Assembly (NCBI GenBank): GCA_951406725.2
Contig: OX597819.1
Span: forward strand, 2,852,001-2,916,000
From: Octopus vulgaris
Lineage: Eukaryota
DNA length: 64,000 bases
Reading direction: 5' to 3'
Positions 63,946 to 64,000 of this stretch are shown piece after piece. The translations under genes and the position numbers were made by a program. The number at the start of each line of letters is the position of its first letter. The stretch's first letter is position 1. The notes below the pieces were generated by a model, which saw nothing but the letters and a program-made list of their open reading frames with translations, was not told the origin of the DNA and ran no database searches.

Positions 63946-64000
63946 GGCAAGAATGAATGAGGATAGCTGGGATGAAGTGGTGAAGCACAACCTTCAAACA

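Overview
AT-rich, repeat-dense animal DNA. The SINE, LINE and Helitron content and dense (TA)n/(CA)n/(GAT)n microsatellites look like an octopus or other coleoid cephalopod; this is inferred from repeat style only. One host gene is visible, on the minus strand. It encodes a secreted di-N-acetylchitobiase (CTBS)-like GH18 protein. Six phase-consistent coding exons (60681-60839, 25332-25482, 20177-20391, 16005-16176, 13014-13120, 11863-12033; 975 nt, 325 codons, no stop) could be read by hand. The final exon was not found and probably lies left of position 1. The protein lacks the GH18 catalytic Glu (DIYLLDMV instead of DGINIDIE) and the MxYD motif, so it is a candidate pseudoenzyme or chito-lectin. 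Its 35-kb first intron appears to use a GC donor. The introns are filled with RTE, CR1-like, Penelope, copia, Helitron, piggyBac-type MITE, solo-LTR and tRNA-SINE insertions. Notable details are a PHD finger inside an RTE reverse transcriptase, relic hammerhead-ribozyme folds, long foldback hairpins and local templated duplications. All coordinates were read by eye. Exon boundaries were checked base by base; TE boundaries are approximate.
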